NCBI GenBank assembly: GCA_036172245.1
Contig: JAYWIR010000098.1
Location: forward strand, 186,001 to 230,438
Length of the DNA stretch: 44,438 bases
Origin: Raillietiella orientalis
Lineage: Eukaryota
Reading direction: 5' to 3'
A program made the translations under genes and the position numbers. Numbering within the stretch: position 1 is the stretch's first letter; each line of letters starts with the position of its first letter. Below the pieces are notes generated by a model. The model ran no database searches and was not told where the DNA came from. It saw nothing but the letters and a program-made list of their open reading frames with translations. Below are positions 1 through 13,559 of this stretch, in pieces.

Positions 1-700
1 GTTTTACTCCCGTCAGCAGCAATGGTGCAGAAAAAAAGGGAATTTAGATCGTGCCATGTAAAAACAAAAAGTTCGACTGCAACAAAATGGCGTGATCACT
101 TAGAGTCTCTTCATTTTAGAATCTTTCTTTTTTTTTTCCAGCGCATCGCATTCAAGAGGCACCTCGCAACCGAGAAGGGTCCGCAACGCCACTCTGTATC
201 GCAGGTATCAACACTCTCAGCAGCCTCACGTCTCAGTGTTGCCTCGCATTCGCGGCACATAACTCAAAGGCGTTGCCCACTGCTGCCAGGAGGAGGGATG
301 GTGCGAGCGTTAGAAATTTTATCATTCGACTGCTTGTCTGCATGGGGTCGCTAAAATTGTCTTGCCCAAACTTTCTTACCTTTGGCGTCCACGATGGTAC
401 CATACAATGCACGTGAACGGTGTTGCGTCGTTCCGTTTTCTCCTCCTGCTTGTCAGTTCTCATTTGCCCACCCGCACCGCCCGAATGCTTTCTCCCTAAG
501 GCACTGAGAATTAAGAGCTTTCTATCCTTTCCGTCTGCCTTCTCCTCTGTTTGTTTGTTGGGATTCGAAAAGCAGCATGGAACTCATCCGTTCCAAGCAT
601 ACGCAGCATAGGTCGAGAGGCTCTCCGGAGCATCCCGTCAGGCGTGCCTCTTCGTATTGAATTGTACGCAGCAGACAAAAGATGCGTGCGCGCGTCGGAC
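1..700 (-). mobile_element. Heavily degraded LINE ORF2 3' remnant plus 3' UTR
   Basis: Minus strand has weak post-RT-like peptides (PTRARIF..RLTGCS..CLERM, cf. RTRTQGL..RLKGLC..TLERM) and 3'-UTR-like features (GTGATC, T-tracts, GCTGCTGA) shared with other copies. Confidence 0.4.
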
Positions 701-711
701 CGCCTTGCAAC

Positions 712-2563
712 GCACCTGCCGCGCGACTATCCCGGTACGCCCGCGGTGTCAGCATATGCACGACCTTATGCTGCTGCTCCCTATGTCCACTTTGGCATCG
801 GCGTTCGAGGAGTTCTTCGACCTGCTAAGTCGGGGAACCGAATTTGGGGTGAACCGGGCGAACGCGTCCATCATTCCAATAGGTGCGGCGTGGGCAGGGC
901 ATCCGGACTGGGTCCGTTTGGGGATCTTCACGGTACGGTACTTCAAGTACCTCGGTGTACCGATGGGTGATTATCTCCCTTCGGATGCGTGGTCCAGCTG
1001 CCTTCAAAAGTTAGAGACGGCGATCGGCCCGTTCCTGGAAGGCAAGTTTCACTTGCCGGAACGGGCCGCGGTTTGGAACGCTTTTGCGGCCCCCATCCTC
1101 CGCTTCTTGCTTTTTGTTTGACCCGCCCCCAGAGAATGCAAAAATAGGACAAAGGACCTCCTCCGCATAGCCCTTTGGGGCAAGGGGAGGCCCCGAGTCC
1201 CTCTGAAGGACTTGTGCGCTCCGCGTCAGGACGGCGGCCTTGGCCTCCGGACGCTGGAGCACGTGGAAATCCAGCTGCGGTGACGAACCCTCGCCATCGC
1301 AGCGAAGATGTGGAGCACCCCTTGGTGCGTTCCGGACCGCTTCCTCGCCACGCGTGTGTCCCGATGCGAAGGACTCGCGTCGTTTCTTCTGTGCTTTGGC
1401 CGGAAGATCCGAAGATGCGGCCTTATGCTCGGACGCATAGCAACCCTGGCGAAGACGAACGGTTGGATGGTTTGTGGCCCCGCCAACTCCTCCGCCTGGT
1501 TGGAGGAGTCTGCTGGCACATGGGCTAAGCAGAACCGAAGGAGTGAAAACAATATGAACTGCCTACGAATCGGCCCATACGCCAACCGCACCCTGCGGGA
1601 AATACTGGAATTTCCCCGGAGTCGCAGGTGGGCCTTGACGACCCTACTTGCTTCGGCGATGCCCTACCTCCTGAAGGCGCTTCAGGATCGCCAGAAGCCG
1701 AGGTGGCAAGTCACCTGCCAGATCGCAGGCAGGGAGAAGATGTTAAGCGGCTGGACCACAGGAGAACTGGTGGACGCCACGACACCGAGCGTCCAGCCGC
1801 GTGGATTAATGAGATGGGGCAAGCTGCTCGCCATCCGTACGGATGTGCTGAAGTGGCCCCCGGTACTGAAGGAATCCAGGATCCTGCCCCTTAAGTGGCA
1901 AGAGTCGGCGTTGCTACTGCTGCTCTGGGGTTTACCCTGCAACGCACGCCGCTTCCACTGGACAAGGGGAGCTGTGGATCCTGAGTGTGTCAGGTGCGGA
2001 GAGCGGGAAGCCCCCTCCCACCTTATTGTGGACTGTGCTGCCATCCGACCCCGCTGAGAACGGTTCGGGGCGACCCTCGGGCTCCCTACGGGCAGCACCC
2101 TTAGAGACGTTCTTCGGCCCCTCTTCGTGAAGGATGCACTGCAGCCAGCCGCAGCCATCGCAGCCTTGTGCTGTGTTAGTGGCATCGTGGCGGCATGGAG
2201 CGACGCCAATAACGAAGGTGTGGGTGCAGGGATGTCATCCCATACGCCCAACGCTTCATGCGGAGAGCTGTCGGAAGGCCCCAACTGGAAAATATACGGA
2301 CGGACCTCGAGGGCTTCCTTCAACGGATGGGCCCTCCTCGCAGCGTTTAGTGATCCCTTCCCTGCCCTCCAACTTCTTTTTGTCTGTTTATTTTTTTTAT
2401 TTTTCTTTTTGTTTTATCCCCATCCCCCTTCGCTGCTGAGGAACGCTACGCTGGGCTGCGTCCCGGCGTCCTGGCAGGTCCAGTGTATATAGCCGTGAGC
2501 GGGGCCTTGTACCGCGGATGTAGAGTTTTACCAATAAACGCCCCGGGCGTACCTGGGTGTAAA
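712..2563 (+). mobile_element. 5'-truncated Tx1/L1-clade LINE: end of RT, C-terminal domain, 3' UTR
   Basis: Frameshifted YADD region (PGTPAVSAYA-DLMLLLP), KYLGV, C-terminal CVRCGEREAPSHLIVDC (ORF 1308-2057), T-rich 3' UTR, AATAAA 2533-2538, terminal hairpin 2542-2557. Confidence 0.9.
2533..2563 (+). terminator. LINE 3' terminus: AATAAA, stem-loop, short A-rich tail (representative copy)
   Basis: AATAAA-CGC-CCCGGG-CGTA-CCTGGG-TGTAAA; equivalents at seven other 3' ends. Confidence 0.65.
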
Positions 2564-2946
2564 CCTCCAAGGCTGGCAAAAAGGCAGTGAGGTGTCCGGC
2601 CTCCTCCGAGGAGTCGGTAACTTCCGACCCCGAAGCGCAGGCCGGAATCCATGTTTCCATCTCCGTGGCACCCCGCCGGAAGGCTGGAAGGAAGTCCAGG
2701 AATCCCCGGAAAGCCCCTCTCCAGGTCCAAGGCGTGGAGATAACTTCCGACTGCGAGGGTGCCATGAGCGTGGGAGAATCCCGGGAATCGTCACCCGAGA
2801 GACCACCACGCACAGACACGGAGGAGATGGAGGGGGTTGAAGCCGGAAAGGTACCCAAGGTGCCTGAGGAAGCTGAAACCATAATGGTCATCTCACCCGC
2901 CTCGGAAGAGGCGCGTTCCCCCCCCACCGTCAACTTCCCGGCAGTA

Positions 2947-3942
2947 ATGCCGGGAATCTCCTCCCACCGTCGTCTGCGCATCGCCGTTTGGAACGTGAAC
3001 GGCATGACAGACGCCGGCAGGAGACGAGACATGTCCGCCATTCTAGGATCGTTCGACCTTGTGCTGCTGCAGGAGATCCATGTGATCTCTGCCGAACAAG
3101 CGCAGGAGATCGAACGCATATACGGAGGGCGGCTGTGGTATCTAAGTGGAACATCGAGAAGTTGCGGTGTCGCCTACCTCCTTCGGTTCGCCATCGAGGC
3201 CGCCGCCCGTGGAGTTCGGTTCAACGATCACGGTCGTGTCGGCCAGCTGAATCTCAGCTGGTATGACTCGATCAACGTGATCGTTACGAACGCTTACGCC
3301 CCGAGCGGAGCGGACCTGACGATCAAGAGGGCCAGGAAAGAAATTTTCCTTGCCCTCTATCGCGACTGGTTGACCCAGGCAGGCGTGCGGAATGCCCATC
3401 TGGTTGCAGGCGATTTTAAGGTTCGTCTGAAACCGGATGGGCCGAATCACGAGCGTGAACTGGTCAACGAGGTGAGCGCGGCGGTGCAAACATGTAATTT
3501 GTTGGCCAGTGTACCAGGGATGGAGGATAACATCGATCACGTGTTCCTTGACGAGCACCTGTGCACTCGTGTGGGCAGGCGCTGCAAGTTGCCGTGCGAG
3601 TTATCCGACCATCGACTAATCGTGATTGAAATCCATCAGCGCGACAATGGCTTCCCCTCGTCAGCGTGGCGTTTGCCAGGGGACTGGCTGAAGCTCCCGC
3701 ACGCGACGGAACATCTCCGCACGTTTATACGGACCTTCAGGATGCAGAAACTTCAGGATTGGGACCGCTTCAAACGGTCGGTCCAGGAGTTCTGCGACCA
3801 GTTCCCTCTGCACCGCCTACCAGCGAGATTTGGGGACGGGGTACGCAACGAACGAGCCTATCTGCAGGCTCGTCGTTACGCCAGGACCCCCGACATCAGC
3901 AGGCTGGCGGAATACAAAGCGGGAGCCGAGAGGCAAGCCTAG
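2947..3942 (+). pseudogene. ORF2 apurinic/apyrimidinic-like endonuclease domain plus linker, ending at a premature TAG
   Basis: ATG at 2947 in a TAATG overlap; full APE motif set in ORF 2587-3942; the stop replaces the W of the conserved RQAWQSG. Confidence 0.9.
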
Positions 3943-5150
3943 CAGTCAGGATCGGCCAGATTGCTGGATGATCAGGGCCAGGAGCATTCGGCACCCGCAC
4001 AGATCCGCGGTCTGCTGCGGCGTTTTTACACCTCCCTGTACGCAAGAACGCCTTCCGAGCGGGATTTTTTACGAATCCTGCTTCCCAAAGGCACTCCTGC
4101 GATCGGGAAAGAGGACAAAAAGTCCCTCGACGAGTCTTTCACGATGGGCGAGATCATCTCGGCCATCGGAAAGCTCAAGAGGCGAAAGGCTCCAGGAAAG
4201 GACGGCCTGTCCGCGGAGTTTTATCAATTTTCCGCGGCTGAGCTAACCCCCCTCGTACATCAACTCACCTTGCTCATACCCAGACAGGCGACGTTCCCGC
4301 CTCGTTTCGTTTGGCAAAGGTGCGGCTTCTCCCTAAGGGAGGAGATCTGAGGAGCATGAACAACTGACGTCCCATCACAATAGTGAATGCGGATGCCAAG
4401 TTCATAGCTAAGGTTTGGGCTCAGCGGCTGGGATGGGTTGCCAATGCCTTCATCAGCCCGGAGCAGACGTATGCGGTTCCTGGGCGAAGCATGGAGGCGA
4501 ACATGTTCCACGCTTCCACCTGGCTAGAGCTCCAACACGAAAGGGGTTTGATGCGCACCGGGAATTCCGGTGAGTCCGTCAGTCATGCGACGGATGGTCG
4601 TATGGAGGAGGGAGCACTTGCGGTCGCTGTCGACTTGCGTAAAGCATTCGACAGCGTCGACCAGAATCTCCTGTCGTAGCTTCTGGAACGCTTAAGCTTC
4701 CCGGCCTCTTTGTTGGCCTACCTGCGCTCGAGATGGCGCGATGCACTCATTAACGTCTTTTTCAGCGAGCAAACCGTGAACGCCGTACCGGTGCGACGCG
4801 GCATACGGCAGGGAGACAGCCTGAGCCCCCTGCTCTTTAGCGCCTTTTTCGAATTGGTGCTGAGAGCGTACAGGGAGACTCTGGCGCACCTGCCGCGCGA
4901 TTGTCCCGGTACGCCTGCGGCTTCGGCATACGCGTACGATCTTCTGCTGCTGCTCCCTATGTCCACCCAGACTTTGCGGTCGAGGACTTCTTCGACCTGC
5001 TGTATGAGGGTATCGGACTTACGGTGAACAGGACGAAGTCGTCCGTAATGCCAGTCGAAGCGACGTGGGCAGGGCAGCAGTACTGGGTCCGTATGGGGTT
5101 ACCCGCAATAAGGTACTTCAAGTACCTTGGTGTGCCTATGAAGAATTATT
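3943..5150 (+). pseudogene. ORF2 reverse transcriptase domain, frameshifted and with stops
   Basis: Split over ORFs 3961-4350, 4383-4679, 4710-5027 and 4901-5152; catalytic motif decayed to YAYD. Confidence 0.9.
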
Positions 5151-6725
5151 AACCAGCGGAAACGTGCTCCGACTGCCATCAGAAGGCTCACTGGACGATC
5201 GACCCGTTGCAGAACGGCAGTTTATTCCTTCAGGAACGAGCCGCGGCGTGGAACGCGTTTGCGGCTCCCCTGCTTCCTCCGTTGCTTTCTCTTTGCCCCC
5301 TACTCTGCGGGATCAAGGAAAAAAACGAAGGAGCTCCTAAGGATCGCTTTTCGGGAAACAGGAAGTCCCTGAGTCTGTCTTTCGGATTTGTGAGTTCTTC
5401 GTCCAGATGGTGGTCTCGGCCTCCTGACGCTGCAGCGGCTGGAGCTGCAGCTCCAGTTTCCGATAGTTGCTTTAATGACAGATAAGTGGTAAACCCCCTG
5501 GTGCGTCCCTGCACGTCCCTTCGTCGAGCAGAGGAACCACGGGAAACGCGGGAATCTCGTCCTACTTTGCACTCCGAAGACCGAAATGCCACTGCAAAAT
5601 CCAGCTTCAGAGGGCGGCCAAACAAGTAAAGATCAAAATGAGATCGGTCTTCGTACGCTTCGCGAACGGTACTGCCTGGCTGCCGGAAACCTTTCGCACG
5701 TGGGCAATGACTCAAGAGCAGAGCCCTCAATACGAGAAATAGCTCTATCCCGACTGCACGTCCACCGCACGCTCCGAGAAATCGTCCAGGATCCCCGAAG
5801 TAGAGCGTGGGCACAATGAAACTTCCTTGCTGCGGTACTGCCTACCCTACGGGATCATGTATGAAGCGACATCGCGGCACAATAAGAGGTTGCTGTTAAG
5901 ATCGGCAACAGGGTAAAGAAGATAGGGGATTGAAGAACGGGCCGGCTGACGAACGCTGCGACTCCGAGGACCACCCCAAAATGACTGTTGCGCAGGGGCG
6001 AGTTAATGAATGTTTTGGAAGAACATCGCGAGAGGCTCCCGGTGCTCATGGGCTCGCACACTGTCCCAATTAAATGACAACATTCGGCACTGCTGGTGTT
6101 GCATTGGGACCTTCCCTGCATCTCCCGCGACACCACTGGTCGCAGGGGGGTGTCAACCCTAATTGTGTGAGGTGTAAGGAGAGGAAAAATCTCACTCACC
6201 TGTTAGTGGACTGTATTGCCCTCCGTCCCTTGCATGAGTTCTTTGCCGCGGCCCTGGTTATCCCCGAAAGCAACCCCAGAATCGCTTTGCGCCCCCTCTC
6301 CGTCCGTGACTCCCTGCCTCTTTCGGCCTGGCTTGTAGCCCAGTGCTGTCTACGCGGGATCGTGCTGGCACGGAGCAAAGCGACACGAGGATCCAGAGAC
6401 AGGCATGCCACGGTGTATGCCGCCCGCTTCCTGCGGTTGAGGACGCGATGACCCATCGGAAATCCTCCATTCAGCAACAGCTTACCGGCATCCTCCAGAG
6501 GATGATGGATCCTCCCAGCAGGCAGTGATCCCTTTCCGCTCCCTCCCTAGTTTTGTTAATTTTTTTGTATTTTTTTTGTTTCGTATACCCTCCCCTCTGC
6601 TGCTGAGGTCGACCGCGCCGGTCGGCACTCCGGTAGCCCGGCTTGCTGATACTTTCTAGGGCGTGGCTGTACTGCTGGTTCACTCAAAGTGTAGATAGGT
6701 TTATTTGACAAAATAAACGTCCCGG

Positions 6726-6890
6726 CGAAGCGGGATTCAGTCAAGCGCCGATGCCTGCATGAACGCAGGAAGCAGAAGCAGAAACTTTTCGGCATAGGTC
6801 GACACGGCATGCGTGCCGGGACATGAGCTCGGTACGGTTGCCAAATTCTCCTTGTATGCCCTTAGCACCAACTCAAACTAGATGCTGAAG
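6726..6890 (-). mobile_element. Short LINE RT fragment (YADD region)
   Basis: Minus translation FSI*FELVLRAYKENLATVPSSCPGTHAVSTYAEKFLLLLP matches the RT of other copies. Confidence 0.8.
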
Positions 6891-7505
6891 TTCATGACAG
6901 CGATGTTGCGGCGAAGTGGGCGTTCGAAGCAATCATCTCCGGAAAAGAGAAGAAGCTGGGAGAGTGGAAGTCGGGCCAGTCAACAGATGCTGTGACCCCG
7001 AACACGCCTCTCAATGGACTCCTGAGCGGGAACGCGCTGCTCTATTTTCCGAATGAACATCTAAAGTGTCTTCGGTGCTAAGAAACAAGACCACGCTTCC
7101 GTCAAAATGACAGAAGTCGGCTCTACTGTTGAAGCATTATTTACTCCATTGCAACGCCCGCCGACATCACTGGACCTGGCGAGCGGTCGATGCCAACTGT
7201 GTAAGGTGTGAGGAACGAGAATCCCTCCCTCACCTCCTAGTTGATTGTGTTGTTCTTCATCCCCTTTGGTTCCGCTTTGCCGTGGCCTTCGGAATCCACT
7301 GCGGCAACCCCAGGGACTCTTTAAAAGCCTTCTTCGTTGCCGACGCCCTCCGGCCAGCGGCCTCGATAGCCGCCTTGTGCTGCCTTTGCGGGATTATTGC
7401 TGTATGGAGCTTGGCCACCGGAAGACCATGCGATAAGGAGGTCATCCACTGAGCGAACCCCTTTCCTGAGGGGGGCATCGCGAGTGCCAAATATGGATTC
7501 GCTAT
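6891..7505 (+). mobile_element. LINE ORF2 C-terminal fragment
   Basis: ORF 7129-7452: CNARRHHWTW..CVRCEERESLPHLLVDC..AASIAALCC. Confidence 0.85.
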
Positions 7506-7509
7506 TGCA

Positions 7510-8375
7510 GAAACAGGGTGGAAAAATGGGGACAGGGGTATGCAGTCCAGCCGTTCTTATTCTCAGCGGAGGCGGTGAATGCCGGCAATCTCCATTCTCA
7601 CTTTTGTTGCGAGGTGTGACCACCTGGCAGCCATTTGCCGCTTGCAGTCTGCAGTGTCGGGGACCGATGTTATAACCGCTCGCACCTGCAATACGTGGCG
7701 GGCCCTGACAATAGCGCAGACGCAGCAGATGATTGCGAAGACAGCTCCAAGAGAAAGACCGCTACGCGTGAAGAAGTGGCGCATCCAATCCCTTGTGGTG
7801 TTTCCGGGGTGCAGGAGCGCTGAAGACAGCCGCCGCCACAGCTCATGGAGGGCAGCGCATTCAAATAGCAAATGCGGAGGCCTTTCCACCGCTCCGCATG
7901 TTGCACAGCTCGAAGAAGCAACTCCCTAGGAAACCAGGTGCGCCCGCTGGTTGCAGCACAGACCCCAATGCACCAGCAGAAGAGCGTCTTCATTCCAACG
8001 AAGGGGGAAGACATTCGCGTCCAAGCACGCAGAAGGGACCACAAGTTCTTCGGTGGGCACCCCTAGGAGGTCCCTCCACCGGAGAAGTCCCTTGGCACGA
8101 AACCGAGGGGGGCAGCGTCTGCCAGCTCGCAAGTCCGCCAGCCGCCCAGCAGTCAGGTTTCGCCTGCAATTCCACAAGCGACCTCCCACTTCGCAGGTAG
8201 GTCACTGTCGTCTCGCATCATCAGTGCAGACAGTGATTCGGCGAGTGACGTAGCGGCTAGGCGTGTCCACTGGTCCTGGTCTTCCAGCACCTTCCTCACT
8301 GCACAGTATGAGGAAAGGTCCACGCAACGGAGTTCCAAACGGGACACATTCTTTTGCGTTGCACAGGACGATAAG
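7510..8375 (-). mobile_element. LINE ORF2 C-terminal fragment of a more divergent subfamily
   Basis: ORFs 7926-8189 (PLRWNEDALLLVHWGLCCN) and 7563-7889 (PHLLFECAAL..IICCVCAIV). Confidence 0.8.
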
Positions 8376-8560
8376 GCCACCACCATCATTAGTATGATGC
8401 GTGGAATCGCCTCTTAAAGGCAGCTGCGTATGTCCTCTTGGAATGTCAACGGGCTAGGTAGCTAAAGCAAGAGGCGTAGCGTGGCCGACACCCTGCGACC
8501 TTTCGACCTGATACTTGTTCAAAAGGTTCACGCTCTCAGAGGAGAAGACGTCCAGGAGAT
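8376..8560 (+). mobile_element. LINE ORF1 end / APE start fragment
   Basis: Closely similar to 13257-13444; encodes WNVNG..VADTLRPFDL..VQEI; cut at 8561 by an antisense 3' end. Confidence 0.85.
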
Positions 8561-11500
8561 TTCTCACCAGGTTACGCCGGGCAGTTCATTTCATATAACA
8601 TAAATACAAACAATCATATAAAATAAACCAGTTGGGAACCATGATCCCAACCGACGAATGAACAAGGATCAATATAAGATTGCTGGCACGCAGGCCAGAA
8701 TAACAGTCTTGTTAACAATGTGTGGGGACAAGGAATACAAACAAACAAAAACAAAAGAAAAAGAAAACAATGGGGGACGCTGGGACAAGGGTCTTTGGGA
8801 TCGCTCTGGTGCGTATCGGGATAAAAGTAATACACCGACATTTTAGCAGAGCGATAGGGGAATGGGTATGGGTGGGCAACAGATCAAAGTGGTCACCGGA
8901 TTACGCCGTTTTTGAAAGTCTGATAACCAGCAATGGATGCCGGCGATGTCCTCTTTGTCCTCGTAACGAAGATAAGGCCACCTAGCAGCCTTTTCCATGG
9001 ATTATGCTGCAAACCGGTGAGCTTCCCTTCGCAGCACTGGCAACCACAGGGCGTAGTGGGTGTTCACGATAACACGAATCCAACACATGGCTGTGACAAT
9101 CGCGACTACCGAAAATACATTTCTGCTAAAGAAGCTTCGCGGCACATCAATGGCAGTGCCTTCCTGCGGCAGGATGGCTTTCGGCACAGTTCACGGAGGT
9201 TACCGCAGTCCAAAAAGAGCTGCGGAAAAGACTCGATCTCTCCGCACCTCGAACAGTTTGGCAAAGCAGCTCCCACGGAAACGCTGCTACGCTGCAGATT
9301 ACAGTGTAAAAAGTGCAGAAAATATTGTTTTTACTTTGAGGGGAACACGGAGCTGTCCAAACAAACGGGGAGAACCACTCTTCGGGGTTACACTTAAATG
9401 CTCACTCCACCGAAGCAGGCCGTTGGGCCGATTACGAGGAGATGCTGTTTCCACCAGCTGCTTTGCCGTCCAGCCTCCGAGGAGCATACTGATTCCCGCT
9501 ATTATACAGTAGAACTCTTATTTCACCTGTAGGCAACTGTCGTTGCTTAACTTGAAAGGCAGACAGCGCTGCGGCGAGTGGTGTGTCGGCCCGACGATCC
9601 TTCTTCATCTTGTCCTGCATGACTTCGTCCATTGGATGACTGAGGAGAAGTCGCAGACTTCAAAGATCTTCCGGGCGCGTTCCTTCCGAAGCTGCTCATG
9701 ATAAAAAAGATTCCTGCCGCCATAAATTAATGTTCATGGGGCGGCAGGAGATCCAACATTGGGCTTTCAGCAGTGAGTACAGCTGCCTCAGCGAAAAACC
9801 AAACCCTATTCTGGTGTGCCGAAAGTAAAGCAGCAATGAAAGCAGTCCCTTGCTTCCCGTACAGTGCCTTAGTATAAGGCATGCGGGTAAGCATCACGGC
9901 GTACACCACAGCTCGGCACAGAGCCGCAGCATACAAAGCTGCACCTGCTGCTCGATGCTTTTTCAGTCCAGGATGCCCAAGCCTGCATCCTGAGGCGGCG
10001 CCACCAAGTCTTTCAGTCTTAAGCGGGACCTTGCAGCCCCCACGACGCTTTGCGTAGAAAACGATGCGCCCAAACTTTGACTTCCTGGAGGGGTAAGCAA
10101 ACAAAAAACAGGGGAAGGAGGAGGAAGTAACGAAGGTGTTTTAGATTCTGGCCCGTTGCGTGAAGACGAACTCGCCTCCTGAGAACGGGCCAAGTGCACG
10201 CTCTGCCTTATGAAGGCAGTCCGACCACGCTTCTGAGATGCACGAGTCGCCCAACCGCACGCCAAGGTACCTCAGGTACCTGCACGTGTAGATCCCTAGG
10301 TGGATCCAGTCGAACTGCCCCTCCCACGTCGCTTCCTTCGTCACAACCATACACTTACTACTGTTGAAGCTCACGCCCGCACCGCAACGGATGAACTCTT
10401 CAACCGAAGCCGCCGGGGTGGACATGAACAACAGAAGCAGGTCGTCGGCATAGTCTGCCACGGTCGGCGTACCTGGACAGGAGCTCGGCAGGTTGGCTAG
10501 CGTCAGCCTGCAGGCCTCCAGCACCAATTCAAAATAGATGCTGAAGAGCAGCAGGCTTAAGCTAACGCCCTACCTAATTCCTCGCCGTACCGGCACACCG
10601 TACTCGCGACAGCCACTGAAAACAATGGATGTAATCGCGTGTAGCCAGCAGGAGCGCAAGTACGCCAACAGGGATGCCGGGAGACCCAGACGTTCAAAGA
10701 GCTCAAGAAGAAGCTTTTGGTTCACGCAATCGAAAGAATTGTACAAATCGACTGCAACTGCCAAGGCTACCGGGGTTTCCCTTTGCAACCCGTGCCTCCG
10801 TCGGTGAGAGATCGAAGGCGTCGGTTCCGCATGACGATCCATCGCCACACGATGCTGCAATTGCAGCCATGTCCGGATGAACAAGAGATTCGCGTCCATG
10901 GACCGCCCAGGAACAGCGTAGGTCTGCACCGGACTTACCAAAGACTTCGCGATCCTCCCCATCCGCGCCACCCAAAATTTCGAGAACAACTTGACGTCCG
11001 AGTTCACTAATGTGATCGGACACCAATTGTTCAGTTAGCGGAAATCTCTGCCTTTCAGCAAGTGACGCACTTTCCCTGAGTGAAACGAGGCGAAGACATC
11101 GGACTCGTCTCGCATTAGCGACGAGAGTTGGAGCACCAGAGGGATGAGTTCCTCCGCAAAGCACTGGAAGAATTCCGCGGGGAGTCCTTCCTCGCCTGGC
11201 GCTTTTAAACTCTTTAGCCATGAGATGGCCGAAGGAATTTACTCTGCCGTGAAGGGCTAATCAAGACGCGCGCGTTCCTCCTCGTCTATAACAGTTGCAT
11301 CAATCGGCAGAAGTAGCTCGAAGAGACTGCGTTCCGTCGGTGCCTCTGCATACAGAGAAGAGTAATAGCTCCTGACTATCCGTCGCATGTCTGTTCGAGC
11401 CGAGCATTTCCGGTCCTGGTCGTCGAGCAGATCTGTCGCTACAGACTGCCAAACCTGACGCTCGGCCTTTGCCTTGTACTCGGATAATGGACCAACGTCC

Positions 11501-12560
11501 GCGCGCCTGGAGAAGGAGCGGGCCTGCAGAAAGACTCTGCGGTTGGCTACACCCTCTCCGAAGCCGCGCGGAAGCTATTGCAATGCAAACTGGCAGCAAA
11601 ACTCGCGGATCGATCTTTTCAGATTGTCTCAATCCGATAACTAACTTATGACAAAGCCGCGGAGGTACTAACGAAGATGCTCCACCACCTCCGGGTGACT
11701 TAGCCAGCGTGCCGGCATCCTCCAAACACAGTTTGGAGGCCCTTGACTGGCGGGAGCAACTCGATCTCAAACCTGATGTGGTCTGAAAGCACACACGGCA
11801 TTTAAACTTCCTGATTCACTCGAGAAAACAAGTATTCATCGAGGAATACATGGTAAGGCAATGCAGCCATTACAGGGTCGTTAGCGAAGAAGTTGCACGC
11901 GTACACGGACGCGCACATCCCTTCCACTAGCAACTTTTCCCTTTTGTGTGCTCTGTTCTCGCTCAGCAGGTGGACGTTAAAATCCCCCGCAATAAGATGC
12001 TACACAGTAGAGTGACAACGAGTGAGTCAGTGGCTCCGAACGTTACCGAAGAACTCAATCCTTTGGGCTCATCGCCCAGCAGCGCTCGGCGCGCACACGT
12101 TGGCTACGAAAAGGGCGATCGAGTCGACCTTTTCGTAGCGAACGTGACCACTTGAGTACAAGCTGTCCCACTCGGCCTTCCGTGTCTAAGCGAACGCTGG
12201 CACCGCTCCCGCCAAAGTTCCCCTTACGAGGAAAGCGAACGCCTCGGCTTCACCGGGTGAAAACGTACGAGGAAAGCGACGAAGCACGTACGTGCGACGT
12301 CCATCACGGAAGGCAGGACTTTCTTGCCACCGATGGAGAACGGAGTACGAAGAAGGCACTGCACAAGTGCAGCGTTTTTGCACCGTATCTTCGTGTATTC
12401 CATAATGCCTGCAGGCATGATGGCAAGGAGATTCTCTTCTCGAAAGCCGATCCGGACGTACTCATCGCTGTGCTCACGCCCGGTCTCCTCGTTGAGGGGC
12501 CCACTGACCTTATAACGAAGCGCGGGCATGTTGCTGGATACCACACAGGACTGCAGCTAC
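8561..12560 (-). mobile_element. Degraded LINE with a type-B ORF1 fragment, internal deletion, APE, RT, C-terminus and 3' UTR
   Basis: 12224-12544 is homologous to the N-part of the 20690 ORF1 (RYKVSG..LLAIMP..LLRTPFSI). APE motifs GRVGQL, NVCAPS, HLIAGDFN, LSDH at ~11780-12260. RT QTYAVPGRS (10570-11007) and DYADDLL (10141-10527). PNGLLRW near 9420. Confidence 0.88.
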
Positions 12561-12799
12561 GCATCGCAGGGTCCTGATATTTGAGAGGTCACAGAGGCTT
12601 AGCTCCTTACCGAAGGCGAGGAAACCGTCACGAAGTATGCGGCCATTTCCATTCCAGTGGACGTGGATTTATCGGCTTGCTCCACAACACTATTCTGAGA
12701 ATTGGACATGTAGCACAAAACTGCATGGCCGACTTAACAGAAACACACAAGTACGTGCGAACACGCACGCACAAAGATGCTCAATCGCGGACGCGGTGA

Positions 12800-13559
12800 G
12801 ACTAAGAAACACGTCTGTACTGTGGGAGCGCACGAGGTCGAGAGGCTCCCACGAGGTTTTAAGAAGGCGGCTTAGGAATTCGCGGCCACTTTAATGCAGC
12901 TGCCTAAGTCTGTATACAAGGCCGTGAGACGTCCGGCGGAAGCCAAAGGAGCGGAAACTTCTGAGTCCGAGGCGAAAGCCGGAAACGCTCCCACCGTCGC
13001 CCTCCCGAAGAGGAAGGCGGGCCGTAAGTCCCGCAAACCTATGCGCGTTGCTGCCCCGCAGGCTAAGGAGAAGGAAACGCGCTCGGGTAGCGAGGAGGCG
13101 ATGTTTGCGATGTCGCGTGATCCCTCCCTAAAAAGCGTCCGGTCCGATCTTCCGTTCGACCTAATTCAGGCTGCTGACGTTCAGGTCGTTGCCGAAACGC
13201 CGACTATGCAGGTGGACATCGACCAGCCTACTCCCGAACAGGAGCCCGCAACACAATCGCCACCACCATCATTAGCATGATTCGTGGAATCGCTCCTTAG
13301 CGGTAGCTGCGTTTAGGCTGTTGGAATGTCAACGGGCTGCGTAGCGAAAGCAAGAGGCGTAGCGTGGCCGACACCCTGCGACCTTTCCGTCTGGCTCTAC
13401 TCCAAGAGGTTCACCCTCTTAGGGGAGATAACGTACAGGAAATCGAGAGGCTCACAGGGGTGAGGCTACATTCGCGTTCCGGTGGAGACCATTCCCGAGG
13501 AGTGGTCTTTCTGCTGAAGCCAGACGTCGCAAATGCGGTGCGCACTGTACACTTCGATG
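12800..13559 (+). mobile_element. LINE ORF1 C-terminus plus APE N-terminus
   Basis: ORF 12894-13280 (KAVRRPA..RKAGRKSRKP..SPPPSLA); ATGA overlap at 13277; WNVNG, LQE, SRGVVF. Confidence 0.85.

Larger units (their letters stand above)
2564..6735 (+). mobile_element. Tx1/L1-clade LINE from ORF1 C-terminus through APE, RT, C-terminal finger and 3' UTR (disrupted)
   Basis: APE motifs WNVNG, LQE, NAYAP, LVAGDF, IDHV, LSDH; RT motifs KAPGKDG, QTYAVPGRS, DLRKAFD, RGIRQGDSLSP; CVRCKERKNLTHLLVDC; AATAAA 6712-6717. Confidence 0.92.

Noticed and set aside
3938..3945. Recurrent stop at RQA(W)QSG (also ~25345) as programmed read-through or RIP-like mutation
   Set aside because: Different stops (TAG vs TGA), and other copies keep TGG; ordinary decay suffices.
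8631..8651. Hairpin GTTGGGA-N7-TCCCAAC in a 3' UTR
   Set aside because: Seen in one copy only; no conservation in the other UTRs.
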